Shown: positions 41,097 through 50,493 of the stretch, piece by piece
How the letters are laid out: every line of letters starts with the position of its first letter
Position numbering within the stretch: position 1 is the stretch's first letter
Assembly: GCA_043809315.1 (NCBI GenBank)
Contig: JAZDDX010000017.1
Location: forward strand, 64,001 to 128,000
Direction: 5' to 3'
Length of the DNA stretch: 64,000 nucleotides
Source: Pseudomonadota bacterium
GTDB taxonomy: Bacteria > Bdellovibrionota_G > JALEGL01 > DATDPG01
The notes under the pieces: model-generated
What the model was told of the DNA's origin: nothing
Seen by the model: the letters and a program-made list of their open reading frames with translations, nothing else
Databases searched by the model: none
Translations under genes and position numbers: made by a program

Positions 41097-41327
41097 TTAT
41101 TCCACGATCTCCAGAACGTACCGCTTGTTTTGCTTTCCGCCGGAGGCGTCGAGAATCGTCCGGATGGCGTTCGCGTTCGCCCCCTTCTTTCCGATCACCT
41201 TCCCGATATCTTCCTTCGCGACCCGAAGTTTCATCACGCAAGTGTAAGTTCCTTGCGACTCCTCAACCTGGACCTCTTCCGGCTTATCGACGAGCGCTTT
41301 CGCAATCATCTCCACGAGTTCCTTCAT
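41097..41327 (-). CDS. khpA: KH-domain RNA-binding protein (KhpA/YlqC family)
   Basis: [19 protein letters not shown]...[19 protein letters not shown]...LEIVE. Confidence 0.9.
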   Translation of the reverse strand: MKELVEMIAKALVDKPEEVQVEESQGTYTCVMKLRVAKEDIGKVIGKKGANANAIRTILDASGGKQNKRYVLEIVE

Positions 41328-41445
41328 TGCCGCACCCATCCTCCCACACGGTTCCCGCTCTTAAGACACAAGAGTTTGATTTTAGTAGCTTTTTCGTCCA
41401 ACGAATTCTAGCATTCGCTCGTTCGGCGTGGCAAGAAATGCGGTA

Positions 41446-41473
41446 TTGACAAGTTGTCGCGTCGCGTTATATT
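41446..41473 (+). promoter_or_regulatory. Putative sigma-70 promoter of the NtrC-family regulator
   Basis: TTGACA-N16-TATATT, followed by a GGAGG RBS and GTG at 41496. Confidence 0.55.
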
Positions 41474-41495
41474 CTTCGCGCGGAGGCACTCTGAG

Positions 41496-42914
41496 GTGAA
41501 CCGAATTCTGATCGTCGACGATGACCCGGAACTCCGGCACTCGCTCCGGGCGGCGTTCGTCGACCTGTACCAGGTCGATGAGGCCGAAGACGGGAAAAGC
41601 GCCGTCGAATGGGTCGACAAGTACGGTTCCCCGAACCTCGTCATCCTCGACATGGACATGCCCCGAATGGGGGGGATGGAAGCGCTCCGCCAAATCAAAC
41701 GAAAAGACCCGCGCATCATCATTCTGATCCTGACCGCGTACTCCACCGTTCCGGACGCCGTCGCGGCGATTCGCGAGGGGGCTTACAACTACCTTTCCAA
41801 ACCGATCCGTCACGACGACATCCGCCACATGGTCGATCGCGCCCTCAAGGCGCACGAAATGGTGGCGCAGGTCGCGTACTCCGCCCCGATCTTCAAAGGG
41901 GAAATCGGAATTCGCCTCTCGAGCCAGAGCGACGAGATGCGGAAAATCGTGAGCCTGATCGAGAAGGTGGCGACGGTCGATACCGCCATTCTCTTCCGCG
42001 GTGAGAGCGGGACCGGGAAAGAGGTCCTGGCGCAGGCGATTCACTACAACTCCCTGCGAAAAGACGGGAAATTTGTCGCGGTCAACTGCAGCGCGATCCC
42101 GGAGAACCTGATCGAGAGCGAGCTGTTCGGTCACGAGAAGGGGTCCTTTACCGGCGCCGACCAGCGGAAGATCGGGAAGTTTCAGTACGCCGAAGGGGGA
42201 ACGCTGTTCCTGGATGAGATCGGGGACATCTCTCCGGCGATGCAAGTGAAGTTACTCCGTGTGTTGCAGGAGAAGGTCTTCTCCCCGGTCGGATCGAACC
42301 TCGAAGTCCAGACGAACGTCCGGATCATGGCCGCCACGAACCGGAACCTCGAGGATCTGATGGCCAAGGGGATCTTCCGCGAAGACCTCTACTATCGCCT
42401 GAACGTCCTCCCGATCTTCCTTCCGCCGCTCCGCGACCGGAAGGAGGACATCGAGATCCTGATTCAGCACTTCATCCGGAAGTTCAATGCCGCCCACAAG
42501 AAGACGATCCAGGGGATCGATACGTCGGCGCTGGCCCGAATGAAAGAGTATCAGTGGCCGGGGAACATCCGCGAACTGGGAAACGTGATCGAGCATGCTT
42601 TCATCATGGAGAGCGGAACGGTTGTGACCGAACTCGCGCTCCCCGAACGGTTGCGCCCGGTCGATGTGGCGCGCCCGGCGGCCTCGCAGGCGGAGACGAG
42701 TTCTCCCGCTGCGCCCTCCGCCGAGCCGCACGCCGAGGGAGAGCTCGATTTCCAGGTCTACAAAGAAAAACTGGAGAAGGAGTTCATCGTCCGGGCGCTT
42801 CAAAAATTCAACGGCCGGATCAACCTGACCAGCGCGCAGACGAACATCCCGAAAAAGACGCTGCTTCGGAAGATCGAGAAGTACAAGATCAAGACGGAAG
42901 ATTTTCGGAAATAA
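41496..42914 (+). CDS. Sigma-54-dependent response regulator (NtrC family: REC-AAA+-Fis HTH)
   Basis: ILIVDDD/LDMDMP receiver, GESGTGKE, ESELFGHEKGSFTGA, LFLDEIG, FREDLYYRLNV, WPGNIREL, C-terminal HTH. Confidence 0.95.
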   Translation: MNRILIVDDDPELRHSLRAAFVDLYQVDEAEDGKSAVEWVDKYGSPNLVILDMDMPRMGGMEALRQIKRKDPRIIILILTAYSTVPDAVAAIREGAYNYLSKPIRHDDIRHMVDRALKAHEMVAQVAYSAPIFKGEIGIRLSSQSDEMRKIVSLIEKVATVDTAILFRGESGTGKEVLAQAIHYNSLRKDGKFVAVNCSAIPENLIESELFGHEKGSFTGADQRKIGKFQYAEGGTLFLDEIGDISPAMQVKLLRVLQEKVFSPVGSNLEVQTNVRIMAATNRNLEDLMAKGIFREDLYYRLNVLPIFLPPLRDRKEDIEILIQHFIRKFNAAHKKTIQGIDTSALARMKEYQWPGNIRELGNVIEHAFIMESGTVVTELALPERLRPVDVARPAASQAETSSPAAPSAEPHAEGELDFQVYKEKLEKEFIVRALQKFNGRINLTSAQTNIPKKTLLRKIEKYKIKTEDFRK

Positions 42915-42938
42915 CCCCGGAGCGGTTATAAGGGGCCG

Positions 42939-43796
42939 ATGTTCGGTTCCCGAGTCATAGCCGCCTGGCGCGGCCGTCTACGACAGCTACTGAGTCGCTC
43001 GGAAGAGATTCCCCACGACGATCTCGAGAAACTCCTCTACGAAGCCGATTTCGGTGCCCCGATCGTCGAACGTTTGATCGATGCGGTTGAGCGATCGAAA
43101 GTCCGGGATCCTGACGGGGTTCTGCGTCTCCTCCGTGAAACGACCGTATCGATTCTCCGCGAGATACCGGGAGAGGTAAAAATACTCCCGATCCCCGGTT
43201 CAATCCTCCTGGTCGGTGTGAACGGCGTCGGCAAGACGACGGTTGCCGCGCGCCTCGCCCGCCGCTATCTCGACGAGGGGAAGAAAGTCGTTCTCGCAGC
43301 GGCCGACACGTTCCGTGCTGGGGCGATCGAACAGCTCAAGATCTGGGGAGGACGGATCGGAGCCGAAGTTGTGGCCCAAGGTTCAGGGGCCGATCCGGCG
43401 GCAGTCGTTTTTGACGCTTGGCAGAGGGCGGTCGCATTGGGAGGGGTGATGGTGGCCGATACCGCGGGGCGAATGCACACCAAGGCGCCGCTCCTGGAAG
43501 AGCTGAAGAAGATCGTCAAAGTTCTCGGGAAGGACGGGCGGGGAGCACCGCACGAGATCTATCTGATCCTTGACGGGACCACCGGGCAGAACGCGATCTC
43601 GCAGGCGAAGGAGTTTCTCGCGGCGGTTCCGGTGACTGGACTCGTCGTGACCAAGCTGGACGGCAGTGCGAAAGGGGGAGCGACCGTTGCCAGTTCTCTG
43701 GCGTTGTCGGTTCCGATTCGTTACGTTGGGGTCGGGGAACAGGCGGGGGATCTCGTCCCGTTCGATCCCGTGAATTTTTCGGAAGAACTGTTTTAG
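42939..43796 (+). CDS. ftsY: SRP receptor FtsY (NG domain only)
   Basis: GVNGVGKTT, DTFRAGA, DTAGR, TKLDGSAKGG. Confidence 0.95.
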   Translation: MFGSRVIAAWRGRLRQLLSRSEEIPHDDLEKLLYEADFGAPIVERLIDAVERSKVRDPDGVLRLLRETTVSILREIPGEVKILPIPGSILLVGVNGVGKTTVAARLARRYLDEGKKVVLAAADTFRAGAIEQLKIWGGRIGAEVVAQGSGADPAAVVFDAWQRAVALGGVMVADTAGRMHTKAPLLEELKKIVKVLGKDGRGAPHEIYLILDGTTGQNAISQAKEFLAAVPVTGLVVTKLDGSAKGGATVASSLALSVPIRYVGVGEQAGDLVPFDPVNFSEELF

Positions 43797-43799
43797 AAG

Positions 43800-45437
43800 A
43801 TGCGCGAGTTTTCGTTCATTCATTTTTTCAGTGCGATCTGTTTTTTCTTTTTCGGCCTCCGTCTGGCCGAAGAGGGGCTTCGCAAGGCGCTCGGCGACGG
43901 TCTGCGCACCCAGATCGAAAAGCTCACCCGGAACTCCTTCGCGGCGCTCGTCGTCGGGATCTTCCTGACGGCGATCTTCCAGAGTTCCACCGCGACCGTC
44001 GTGATGCTCGTCGGCATGGGATCGATCGGGGTCTTAAGCGTTCGACAGGCGACACCGATCGTGCTCGGCGCGGATATCGGGACGACACTCCTAGTCCTTC
44101 TTCTGGCGGCTTCCGTCCGTCTCGACATCCGGACCATCGCGCTGGGGGCGCTGATCTTCGGGTTCCTTTCCTACTTCATCTTTCAACGAAATCGGCCGAA
44201 GTTCTTCGCCCAGGCGTTTCTAGGGGCGGGGTTTCTCTTTTACGGTCTCGGCCTCCTGACCGCTGCCGGGGAGCCTTTGAAAGAGTCCCCCCTCGTCCGG
44301 CAGGTCCTCTCGGCGATCGTTTCCAACCCGTGGGTGACGTTCTTCTTCGGGGCGATCCTGACGGCGATTCTGCAAAAGAGTGCGGCGGTCTTGGGGATCC
44401 TTATGTCGTTTGCCGTAGCCGGGCTGCTGAATGTGCAAGAGGCGGTCCCATTCGTTCTTGGCGTGAACCTCGGCAGCACGACCGGTCCGTTCGCCGCAAG
44501 CCTGCGGGCCCAGGCGGATGGAAAGCGGATCGCGTACATCCATGTCGCCCTGAAGGTTATCGGCGTCCTTCTCGTGATGCCGTTCGCGGCCCTCGTGGGG
44601 GACGCGATCGAGGGGGTGTTCAGCGGCGTTTCGTACCAAGTTGCGGCGATCCACATCGGGTTCAACGTTTTACTCGCCGTTCTGTTCCTGCCTCTCTGCC
44701 CCCTGATCTCGAAAGCGGCCGTGCGTTGGATCCACGCACCGGAGGAGGAAAAGGAGTTTTCGGCGAAATACCTCGACGTTGCCTCGCTCGATTCGCCCGG
44801 CTTGGCGTTCGCCAACGTCTTCCGCGAGGTGTTGCGGATGGCCGAGATTGCCCAGGAGATGTGCACCCAGGTGCTGATCCCGTTCGAAGAGGCGGGGCGG
44901 GAAACGATCGAACGGCTGGAAGAGCTCGACGATCAGGTCGACCATCTCGACCGGGAGATCAAGTTCTACCTGGCGAAAGTGAATCAGGCGCAGCTCGTGG
45001 AGAACCAGGGGAGGCGGCAGTTGGAACTCCTGACCCTAACGCACGATCTCGAGCAGATCGGCGATGTCATCAACAAGGACATCATGGAATTGGCCGAGAA
45101 AAAACGGCGGAAGATTGTCTCGTTCTCCGCGGAAGGGTGGAAGGAGATCCAGGAGTTCCACGACCTGGTGGTGGAGAACTTCCGCCTGGCGATCACCGCC
45201 CTGGCGAGCGGAGATCACGATCTCGGCAAGAAGGTGTTGCGGCACAAGAAACACCTCGCGGAGATCGAGCAGGAGTTCGCCCAGAGGCATCTTCTGCGGT
45301 TGAGCCAGGGGCTGAAAGAGGCGTTCGAGACCTCCTCGATCCACCTGGATCTGCTCAGCAACCTACGAAGGATCAACTCGATCATCTGCCACCTGGCCTA
45401 CCCCGTGATCGAACGCAGAACCGCTGCGGAAGAGTAG
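43800..45437 (+). CDS. Na+/Pi cotransporter family protein with PhoU-like C-terminus
   Basis: QSSTAT, GADIGTT and GVNLGST repeats; cytoplasmic DLEQIGD and ETSSIHLD. Confidence 0.9.
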   Translation: MREFSFIHFFSAICFFFFGLRLAEEGLRKALGDGLRTQIEKLTRNSFAALVVGIFLTAIFQSSTATVVMLVGMGSIGVLSVRQATPIVLGADIGTTLLVLLLAASVRLDIRTIALGALIFGFLSYFIFQRNRPKFFAQAFLGAGFLFYGLGLLTAAGEPLKESPLVRQVLSAIVSNPWVTFFFGAILTAILQKSAAVLGILMSFAVAGLLNVQEAVPFVLGVNLGSTTGPFAASLRAQADGKRIAYIHVALKVIGVLLVMPFAALVGDAIEGVFSGVSYQVAAIHIGFNVLLAVLFLPLCPLISKAAVRWIHAPEEEKEFSAKYLDVASLDSPGLAFANVFREVLRMAEIAQEMCTQVLIPFEEAGRETIERLEELDDQVDHLDREIKFYLAKVNQAQLVENQGRRQLELLTLTHDLEQIGDVINKDIMELAEKKRRKIVSFSAEGWKEIQEFHDLVVENFRLAITALASGDHDLGKKVLRHKKHLAEIEQEFAQRHLLRLSQGLKEAFETSSIHLDLLSNLRRINSIICHLAYPVIERRTAAEE

Positions 45438-45481
45438 CAGCGCGCCTTGACTTGGCCCTGGCCGGCCGGTAAGACCACGGT

Positions 45482-45754
45482 GTGAGCGTGGAAATCAAAA
45501 TCCTCGGCAAGACCTACTCCATCCGTACCGAATTCGACGAGCGGTTCACGAATCAGACCGCCGATCTCGTCAACGGCAAGATGCACGAGCTCGCCGGGAA
45601 AGTAGGGCCGGGGGCGCCGGAAAAGATCGCGGTCCTGGCTGCCATGAACTTCGCCGGGGAGCTCTTGAAGCTCCGCCGGGAGGAGGACGACCGCCGGACG
45701 CTGCTTCGGCAGAAAGCCTCCCAGGTCATCAAGCTGATTGATTCCCAAAGGTAA
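45482..45754 (+). CDS. zapA: Cell division protein ZapA
   Basis: VEIKILGKTYSI...KIAVLAAMNFAGEL. Confidence 0.88.
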   Translation: MSVEIKILGKTYSIRTEFDERFTNQTADLVNGKMHELAGKVGPGAPEKIAVLAAMNFAGELLKLRREEDDRRTLLRQKASQVIKLIDSQR

Positions 45755-45766
45755 TCGAAAAACTCC

Positions 45767-46564
45767 TTGAGCCGTATTCTTCTGATCGGTGACGTGTTCG
45801 GCAGGCCGGGCCGTCGGGCTGTGTTTGAAACTCTTCCGGGGTTGATCCGGGAGGAGAAGCTCGATTTTGTGATCGTGAACGGGGAGAACGCGGCGGGGGG
45901 AAAGGGGCTCACCGGCGAGATCTGCGGGCAGTTTTTCGACAGTGGTTGCGACGTCATCACGACCGGAAACCACGCCCGCGACAAGAAAGAGATCGATCCG
46001 TTTTTCGAGTCGGAACCGAGGCTTCTTCGTCCCTCGAACTACCCCGCTTCCGTTCCGGGCACTGGCGCGTTCGTCGGGACCGGTCGGAACGGAAAGACGA
46101 TCGCGGTCCTGAACCTGATGGGGATCGTTCATATGGCGGAGCGGATCGATTCACCGTTCCAGACCGTGAAAGAGCGGATGGAGGAACTTCGCGCCCGAAC
46201 GCCGGTCGTCATCGTCGACTTCCACGCCGAGGCGACGTCGGAAAAGCGGGCGATGGGGTGGTTCCTGGACGGGACCATTTCCGCGCTTCTGGGGACCCAC
46301 ACGCACGTGCCGACGGCGGACGAACAGATTTTGCCTGCGGGAACCGCCTATATCACCGATGTCGGGATGACCGGGCCCTACGAGTCGGTCATTGGCCTGC
46401 GCACCGATCTCGCGCTCGAACGGTTCGTACAGGGAAAAAGAGGGGCATTCGACGTCGGGAAAAAGGATGTGAGGTTTTGCGGTGTGATCGTCGACGTCGA
46501 CGACGAGACCGGAAAAGCGCGATCGGTCACGCGGTTCCGGCGGGACTTACTTTTCGCGGTTTAG
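45767..46564 (+). CDS. ymdB: YmdB-family metallophosphoesterase
   Basis: GDVFG, NGENAAGG, TGNH, DFHAEATSEK, GTHTHV, TDVGMTG. Confidence 0.93.
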   Translation: MSRILLIGDVFGRPGRRAVFETLPGLIREEKLDFVIVNGENAAGGKGLTGEICGQFFDSGCDVITTGNHARDKKEIDPFFESEPRLLRPSNYPASVPGTGAFVGTGRNGKTIAVLNLMGIVHMAERIDSPFQTVKERMEELRARTPVVIVDFHAEATSEKRAMGWFLDGTISALLGTHTHVPTADEQILPAGTAYITDVGMTGPYESVIGLRTDLALERFVQGKRGAFDVGKKDVRFCGVIVDVDDETGKARSVTRFRRDLLFAV

Positions 46565-46966
46565 TCTTTTCGAGACCGACTCCAGGATCTTGCTTTCGAG
46601 AGAGAGATCGCTCGGGATCGTTTTCCAGGCGTCCGCCTGTTCGATCTCCAGTTGCTTGTAGAGCTTCACCACCGTCGATTGCCCGTCGTATAGGACGGTC
46701 CCGGAGAGTCGGTAGCGCGAGCGCTGGAACGGCTGGTAATCCTTCACCATCTCGCTTGCGAAATACCCCCGCTTCTTTTCGATCACTTCGATCGGGATCA
46801 TGAAGTCGATTTGCACCGTTTGCGTAACCGCCTTCCAGACCGTGGAGAACGGCTTCGAGTAGGTCCGCATGCTGGCCGGCACCAGACCGCTCTGCGTCTC
46901 CGGGCCGCTTTTCACGCAGGCCGTCGCGAGAAGAAGAACGGGTACGATCCAAGTACGAAACTTCAT
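46547..46966 (-). CDS. Uncharacterised lipoprotein
   Basis: MKFRTWIVPVLLLATAC lipobox; directly follows ilvE. Confidence 0.7.
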   Translation of the reverse strand: MKFRTWIVPVLLLATACVKSGPETQSGLVPASMRTYSKPFSTVWKAVTQTVQIDFMIPIEVIEKKRGYFASEMVKDYQPFQRSRYRLSGTVLYDGQSTVVKLYKQLEIEQADAWKTIPSDLSLESKILESVSKRLNREK

Positions 46967-46968
46967 GG

Positions 46969-47889
46969 TCAACGAAGGTAGGTGAGCCATTCCTTGTATT
47001 TGGCCACGCGGCCGTGGACAATTTCGATGTATTGCTTGGCCATGTTGACCGTGACCGGTCCCGGCTTTCCGGTGCCGACCGGACGTGCATCGACCTCGCG
47101 GACCGGCGTGATCTCGGCGGCCGTTCCGGTCAGGAAGATCTCGTCGGCGTTGTACACGTCGTCGCGGATCAACTGTTCTTCACGGAACGGAATCCCGTCC
47201 TCCTTCAGAAGCTTCATGACCACGTCGCGCGTGAAGCCGGGGAGGATCGATCCGAGGCGCGGCGTGTAGACGATGCCGTCCTTCACCAGGAACAGGTTCT
47301 CGCCGGTCCCTTCCGCCACGAACCCCTCGGTGTCGAGGAGAAGGGCCTCGTCGCAGCCATTGACCTTCGCATCCCGCTTGGCGAGAACGGAGTTGGCGTA
47401 CTGGCCGCAAACCTTCGCCTTCGTGGCGGAGATGTTCCGGTGCAGCCGCGTGTAGCTCGAAATCATCGTCTTGATCCCGTTCTTGAACCCTTCGTCGCCG
47501 AGATATTTTCCCCATCCCCAGGTGATGACGCCTACTCGGACCGGGTTGTCGAATGCCCAGACCCCGGCTCCCGGCCCCTCCGAAATAAACGCGATCGGGC
47601 GGAGGTACCCTTCCTTGAGCTGGTTCGCTTTCGCCGTCTCGACACAGGCTTCGCAGAGCTTGTTGAGATCGTACGGGACGTTCATTGCCACCGACTTGGC
47701 GGACTCCAGGAACCGCTTCATATGGTCGCGCAGACGGAAAACGGCGCTTCCTTCGCTTCCGCAATCGTAATAGCGGATCCCCTCGAATACCCCGACGCCG
47801 TAATGAAGCGTGTGCGTGAGGATGTGCACGTTCGCCTGTTCCCAGGGGATCAGTTTCCCGTCCAACCAGATCTTTTCCGTTTTCTGCAT
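46969..47889 (-). CDS. ilvE: Branched-chain amino acid aminotransferase
   Basis: LHYGVGVFEG, YLRP, AKVCGQY, EGTGEN, ILPGFTR, GTAAEITP. Confidence 0.96.
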   Translation of the reverse strand: MQKTEKIWLDGKLIPWEQANVHILTHTLHYGVGVFEGIRYYDCGSEGSAVFRLRDHMKRFLESAKSVAMNVPYDLNKLCEACVETAKANQLKEGYLRPIAFISEGPGAGVWAFDNPVRVGVITWGWGKYLGDEGFKNGIKTMISSYTRLHRNISATKAKVCGQYANSVLAKRDAKVNGCDEALLLDTEGFVAEGTGENLFLVKDGIVYTPRLGSILPGFTRDVVMKLLKEDGIPFREEQLIRDDVYNADEIFLTGTAAEITPVREVDARPVGTGKPGPVTVNMAKQYIEIVHGRVAKYKEWLTYLR

Positions 47890-47936
47890 AAGCTCTCCTC
47901 AAACGTGAAGGTAAACCGTCTGTCCGGTTCTTCAAC

Positions 47937-48980
47937 TCATTTTGATTTCGACGCTAGCTTTCGCAATGATTCCGAATAGGGGGGGCGTGCGATTCCCGCC
48001 TCTGTAACGATCGCAGAAACGTATCGTGCCGACGTCACGTCGAACGCCGGATGACGGGCGATCGTCCCGGCCGGGGCAACCGGTTTTCCTGCGAATTCAG
48101 TAACTTCCCTGGGGTCGCGTTCCTCAATCGGGATCTTGTCGCCGGAGGGGCAGGCGAGATCGAGCGTCGAGAGTGGGGCCACCGCGTAGAACGGGATCCC
48201 ATTCTCCTTTGCAAGAACGGCGAGGGAATAGGTTCCGATCTTGTTTGCGACGTCGCCGTTCGCCGCGATCCGGTCGGAGCCGGTGATGACGGCGTCAACC
48301 TCTCCTCGGGAAATGAAATGTCCGGCCATGTTGTCGGTGATCAGGGTGTGTGGGATCCCTTCTTTCGAAAGCTCCCAGGCGGTCAATCGGGATCCCTGCA
48401 GGAAGGGACGCGTTTCATCGACCCAAACCGAGATCTTTTTCCCGGCGGCGACGGCGGAGCGGATCACGCCAAGGGCCGTTCCCCACCCAGCGGTCGCGAG
48501 CCCCCCCGCGTTGCAGTGGGTGAGGATTCGCGCCGGGGAGGGGAGTAACGACGCGCCGAACTCCCCCATCCGCTTGCAGGCGGCGATGTCTTCCTCGCGG
48601 ATCGCGAGCGCTTCGTTCAAAAGTTGGGTCGCCCACGCTTCCGTCGTTGCAAACGGGCGTTTCGCCAGTTTCTTCATCCGGTCGATTGCCCAGAAGAGGT
48701 TGACCGCTGTCGGCCGGGTCGCCGCGAAGAGCGACGCCCACCGATCGAACGATTCGAGCGCCTTCGGAAGCGGAAGAGCTCGGTCCATTTTCGCCGCCAG
48801 AGCAAGCCCGAGAGCGGCGGTGACGCCGATCGCCGGGGCTCCGCGGACGACCATCGTCCGGATCGCGTCGGCGACCTTCGAGGGGTCGTCGTACGAATGG
48901 TAGATCTCCTCGGCCGGAAGACGGAGCTGGTCGAGAAGCACTACGCGACTGTCGGTCCAGGTGACGGTTTCAAACCCCAC
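47937..48980 (-). CDS. mtnA: S-methyl-5-thioribose-1-phosphate isomerase
   Basis: MVVRGAPAIG, RPTAVNL, THCNAGGLAT, DETRP, NKIGT, PAFDVT. Confidence 0.96.
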   Translation of the reverse strand: MGFETVTWTDSRVVLLDQLRLPAEEIYHSYDDPSKVADAIRTMVVRGAPAIGVTAALGLALAAKMDRALPLPKALESFDRWASLFAATRPTAVNLFWAIDRMKKLAKRPFATTEAWATQLLNEALAIREEDIAACKRMGEFGASLLPSPARILTHCNAGGLATAGWGTALGVIRSAVAAGKKISVWVDETRPFLQGSRLTAWELSKEGIPHTLITDNMAGHFISRGEVDAVITGSDRIAANGDVANKIGTYSLAVLAKENGIPFYAVAPLSTLDLACPSGDKIPIEERDPREVTEFAGKPVAPAGTIARHPAFDVTSARYVSAIVTEAGIARPPYSESLRKLASKSK

Positions 48981-50493
48981 GGCTCAACTCCTCTTTCAGT
49001 AGTTGGTTTAGGACGGCCGGATTTGCTTTCCCTTGTGTCGCCTTCATGACTTGTCCGACAAAGAAGCCGAACATCTTTTCTTTTCCTGCTCGATATTGCG
49101 CGAGCTGGTCGGTATTCGTCGCCAGCACCTTCTGGATTGTTTTGCGGATCGAGTCGGTGTCGGAGATCTGAGTCAATCCTTTCACTTTCACAATCTCTTG
49201 AGCGGCCTTACCCGACTCCGCCATCTCGTCCAGGACATCCTTCGCTATTTTTCCGCTGATCGTTCCTGCGTCGATCATCTTTAAGAGGGCGCTGAGATTT
49301 TCGGGACGGATCTTCAGTTGTTCGATTGATTCCGTTCGTTCTTTAACGAGACGAAGGATCTCCCCCATGACGTAGTTGCTGACCGTCTTCGCTTTCTCCG
49401 GATTCCCCGGCGCATAAGCGGTGAGCGTCGCCTCAAAATAGTCAGCGACCTCTTTCTCCGCGGTCAGAACGTCGGCATCGTAGGACGGTAAGGCAAAATC
49501 CTTCTCGAATCGTGCGCGACGTTCATTGGGCAATTCAACCCTTCCGGCTGTACGAGCATCTATCGAAGCGGAGACCGTCACAGCGTCGGTCAGACTTTGT
49601 TCGAGTGGCCTACCCCTCTCATGGAGCCATTTCTCGGGCACGTTTAGGGGCAAGAGATCCGGCTCGGGGAAATACCGGTAGTCGTGCGTTTCTTCTTTCG
49701 ATCGCATCGAGGTGGTGATCCCCTGATCCGGATTCCACAGCCGCGTTTCCTGATGAATCTTCTTACCCGCTTGAAGTGCCTTTGTCTGGCGGTCGACTTC
49801 GTATTCAAGTGCTTTCCGAACGTGCTTGAACGAATTCAGATTCTTGATCTCGACCTTCGTGCCGAACTCCTTCACACCCACGGGGCGGAGCGATACGTTC
49901 GCATCGCATCGCAAGCTTCCTTCCTCCATGTTCCCGTCGCAGACTTCAATGTACTTCAGTACCTGACGGAGTTCTTTCAGATAGTCTGAAGCCTCAGCGG
50001 GGGAGCGGAGGTCAGGGGCACCGACGATTTCGATCAGGGGAACGCCGCACCGATTGAGGTCCACCAGGCTCCCCTCCTTCGTCTGGAGGTTGTCGCCGTG
50101 GAGGAGTTTCCCCGCATCCTCCTCGAGATGAACGCGGATGATTTTGATCGTTCGAGAACCGTCATCTCCCTTGATTTCAATTCTCCCGTTGACCGCAAGG
50201 GGCTGGTCAAACTGCGAGATCTGATAGCCTTTCGGAAGGTCCGGATAGAAATAGTTTTTCCGTGCAAATACCGAGTGCCTATTTATCGTACAATTCAGAC
50301 TGTTGGCCGCCCACACGGCGAACCGGATGGCCATGGAGTTGACCACCGGAAGGGCACCGGGGAGCCCCAGGCAGACGGGGCAGGTGAGCGTGTTCGGTTC
50401 GCGACCGAAGAGGTTCTCGCAACGGCAGAACATCTTCGTCTTCGTCTTGAGCTGTGCGTGGACTTCGAGTCCGATGATCGTCTCGAAGCTCAC
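48970..50493 (-). CDS. gatB: Asp/Glu-tRNA amidotransferase subunit B
   Basis: IGLEVHAQL, KNYFYPDLPKGYQISQ, HLEEDAGK, RCDANVS, YRYFPEPDL, GQVMK. Confidence 0.98.
   Translation of the reverse strand: MSFETIIGLEVHAQLKTKTKMFCRCENLFGREPNTLTCPVCLGLPGALPVVNSMAIRFAVWAANSLNCTINRHSVFARKNYFYPDLPKGYQISQFDQPLAVNGRIEIKGDDGSRTIKIIRVHLEEDAGKLLHGDNLQTKEGSLVDLNRCGVPLIEIVGAPDLRSPAEASDYLKELRQVLKYIEVCDGNMEEGSLRCDANVSLRPVGVKEFGTKVEIKNLNSFKHVRKALEYEVDRQTKALQAGKKIHQETRLWNPDQGITTSMRSKEETHDYRYFPEPDLLPLNVPEKWLHERGRPLEQSLTDAVTVSASIDARTAGRVELPNERRARFEKDFALPSYDADVLTAEKEVADYFEATLTAYAPGNPEKAKTVSNYVMGEILRLVKERTESIEQLKIRPENLSALLKMIDAGTISGKIAKDVLDEMAESGKAAQEIVKVKGLTQISDTDSIRKTIQKVLATNTDQLAQYRAGKEKMFGFFVGQVMKATQGKANPAVLNQLLKEELSRGV

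Noticed and set aside
41428-41443. TGGCAAGAAATGC as a sigma-54 promoter for the activator gene
   Set aside because: GG-to-GC spacing is 8, not 10, and a sigma-70-like TTGACA/TATATT follows.
42130-42160. GSFTGA instead of GAFTGA as a sign of a sigma-54-independent activator
   Set aside because: GSFTGA is a common natural variant that keeps the critical Phe and Thr.
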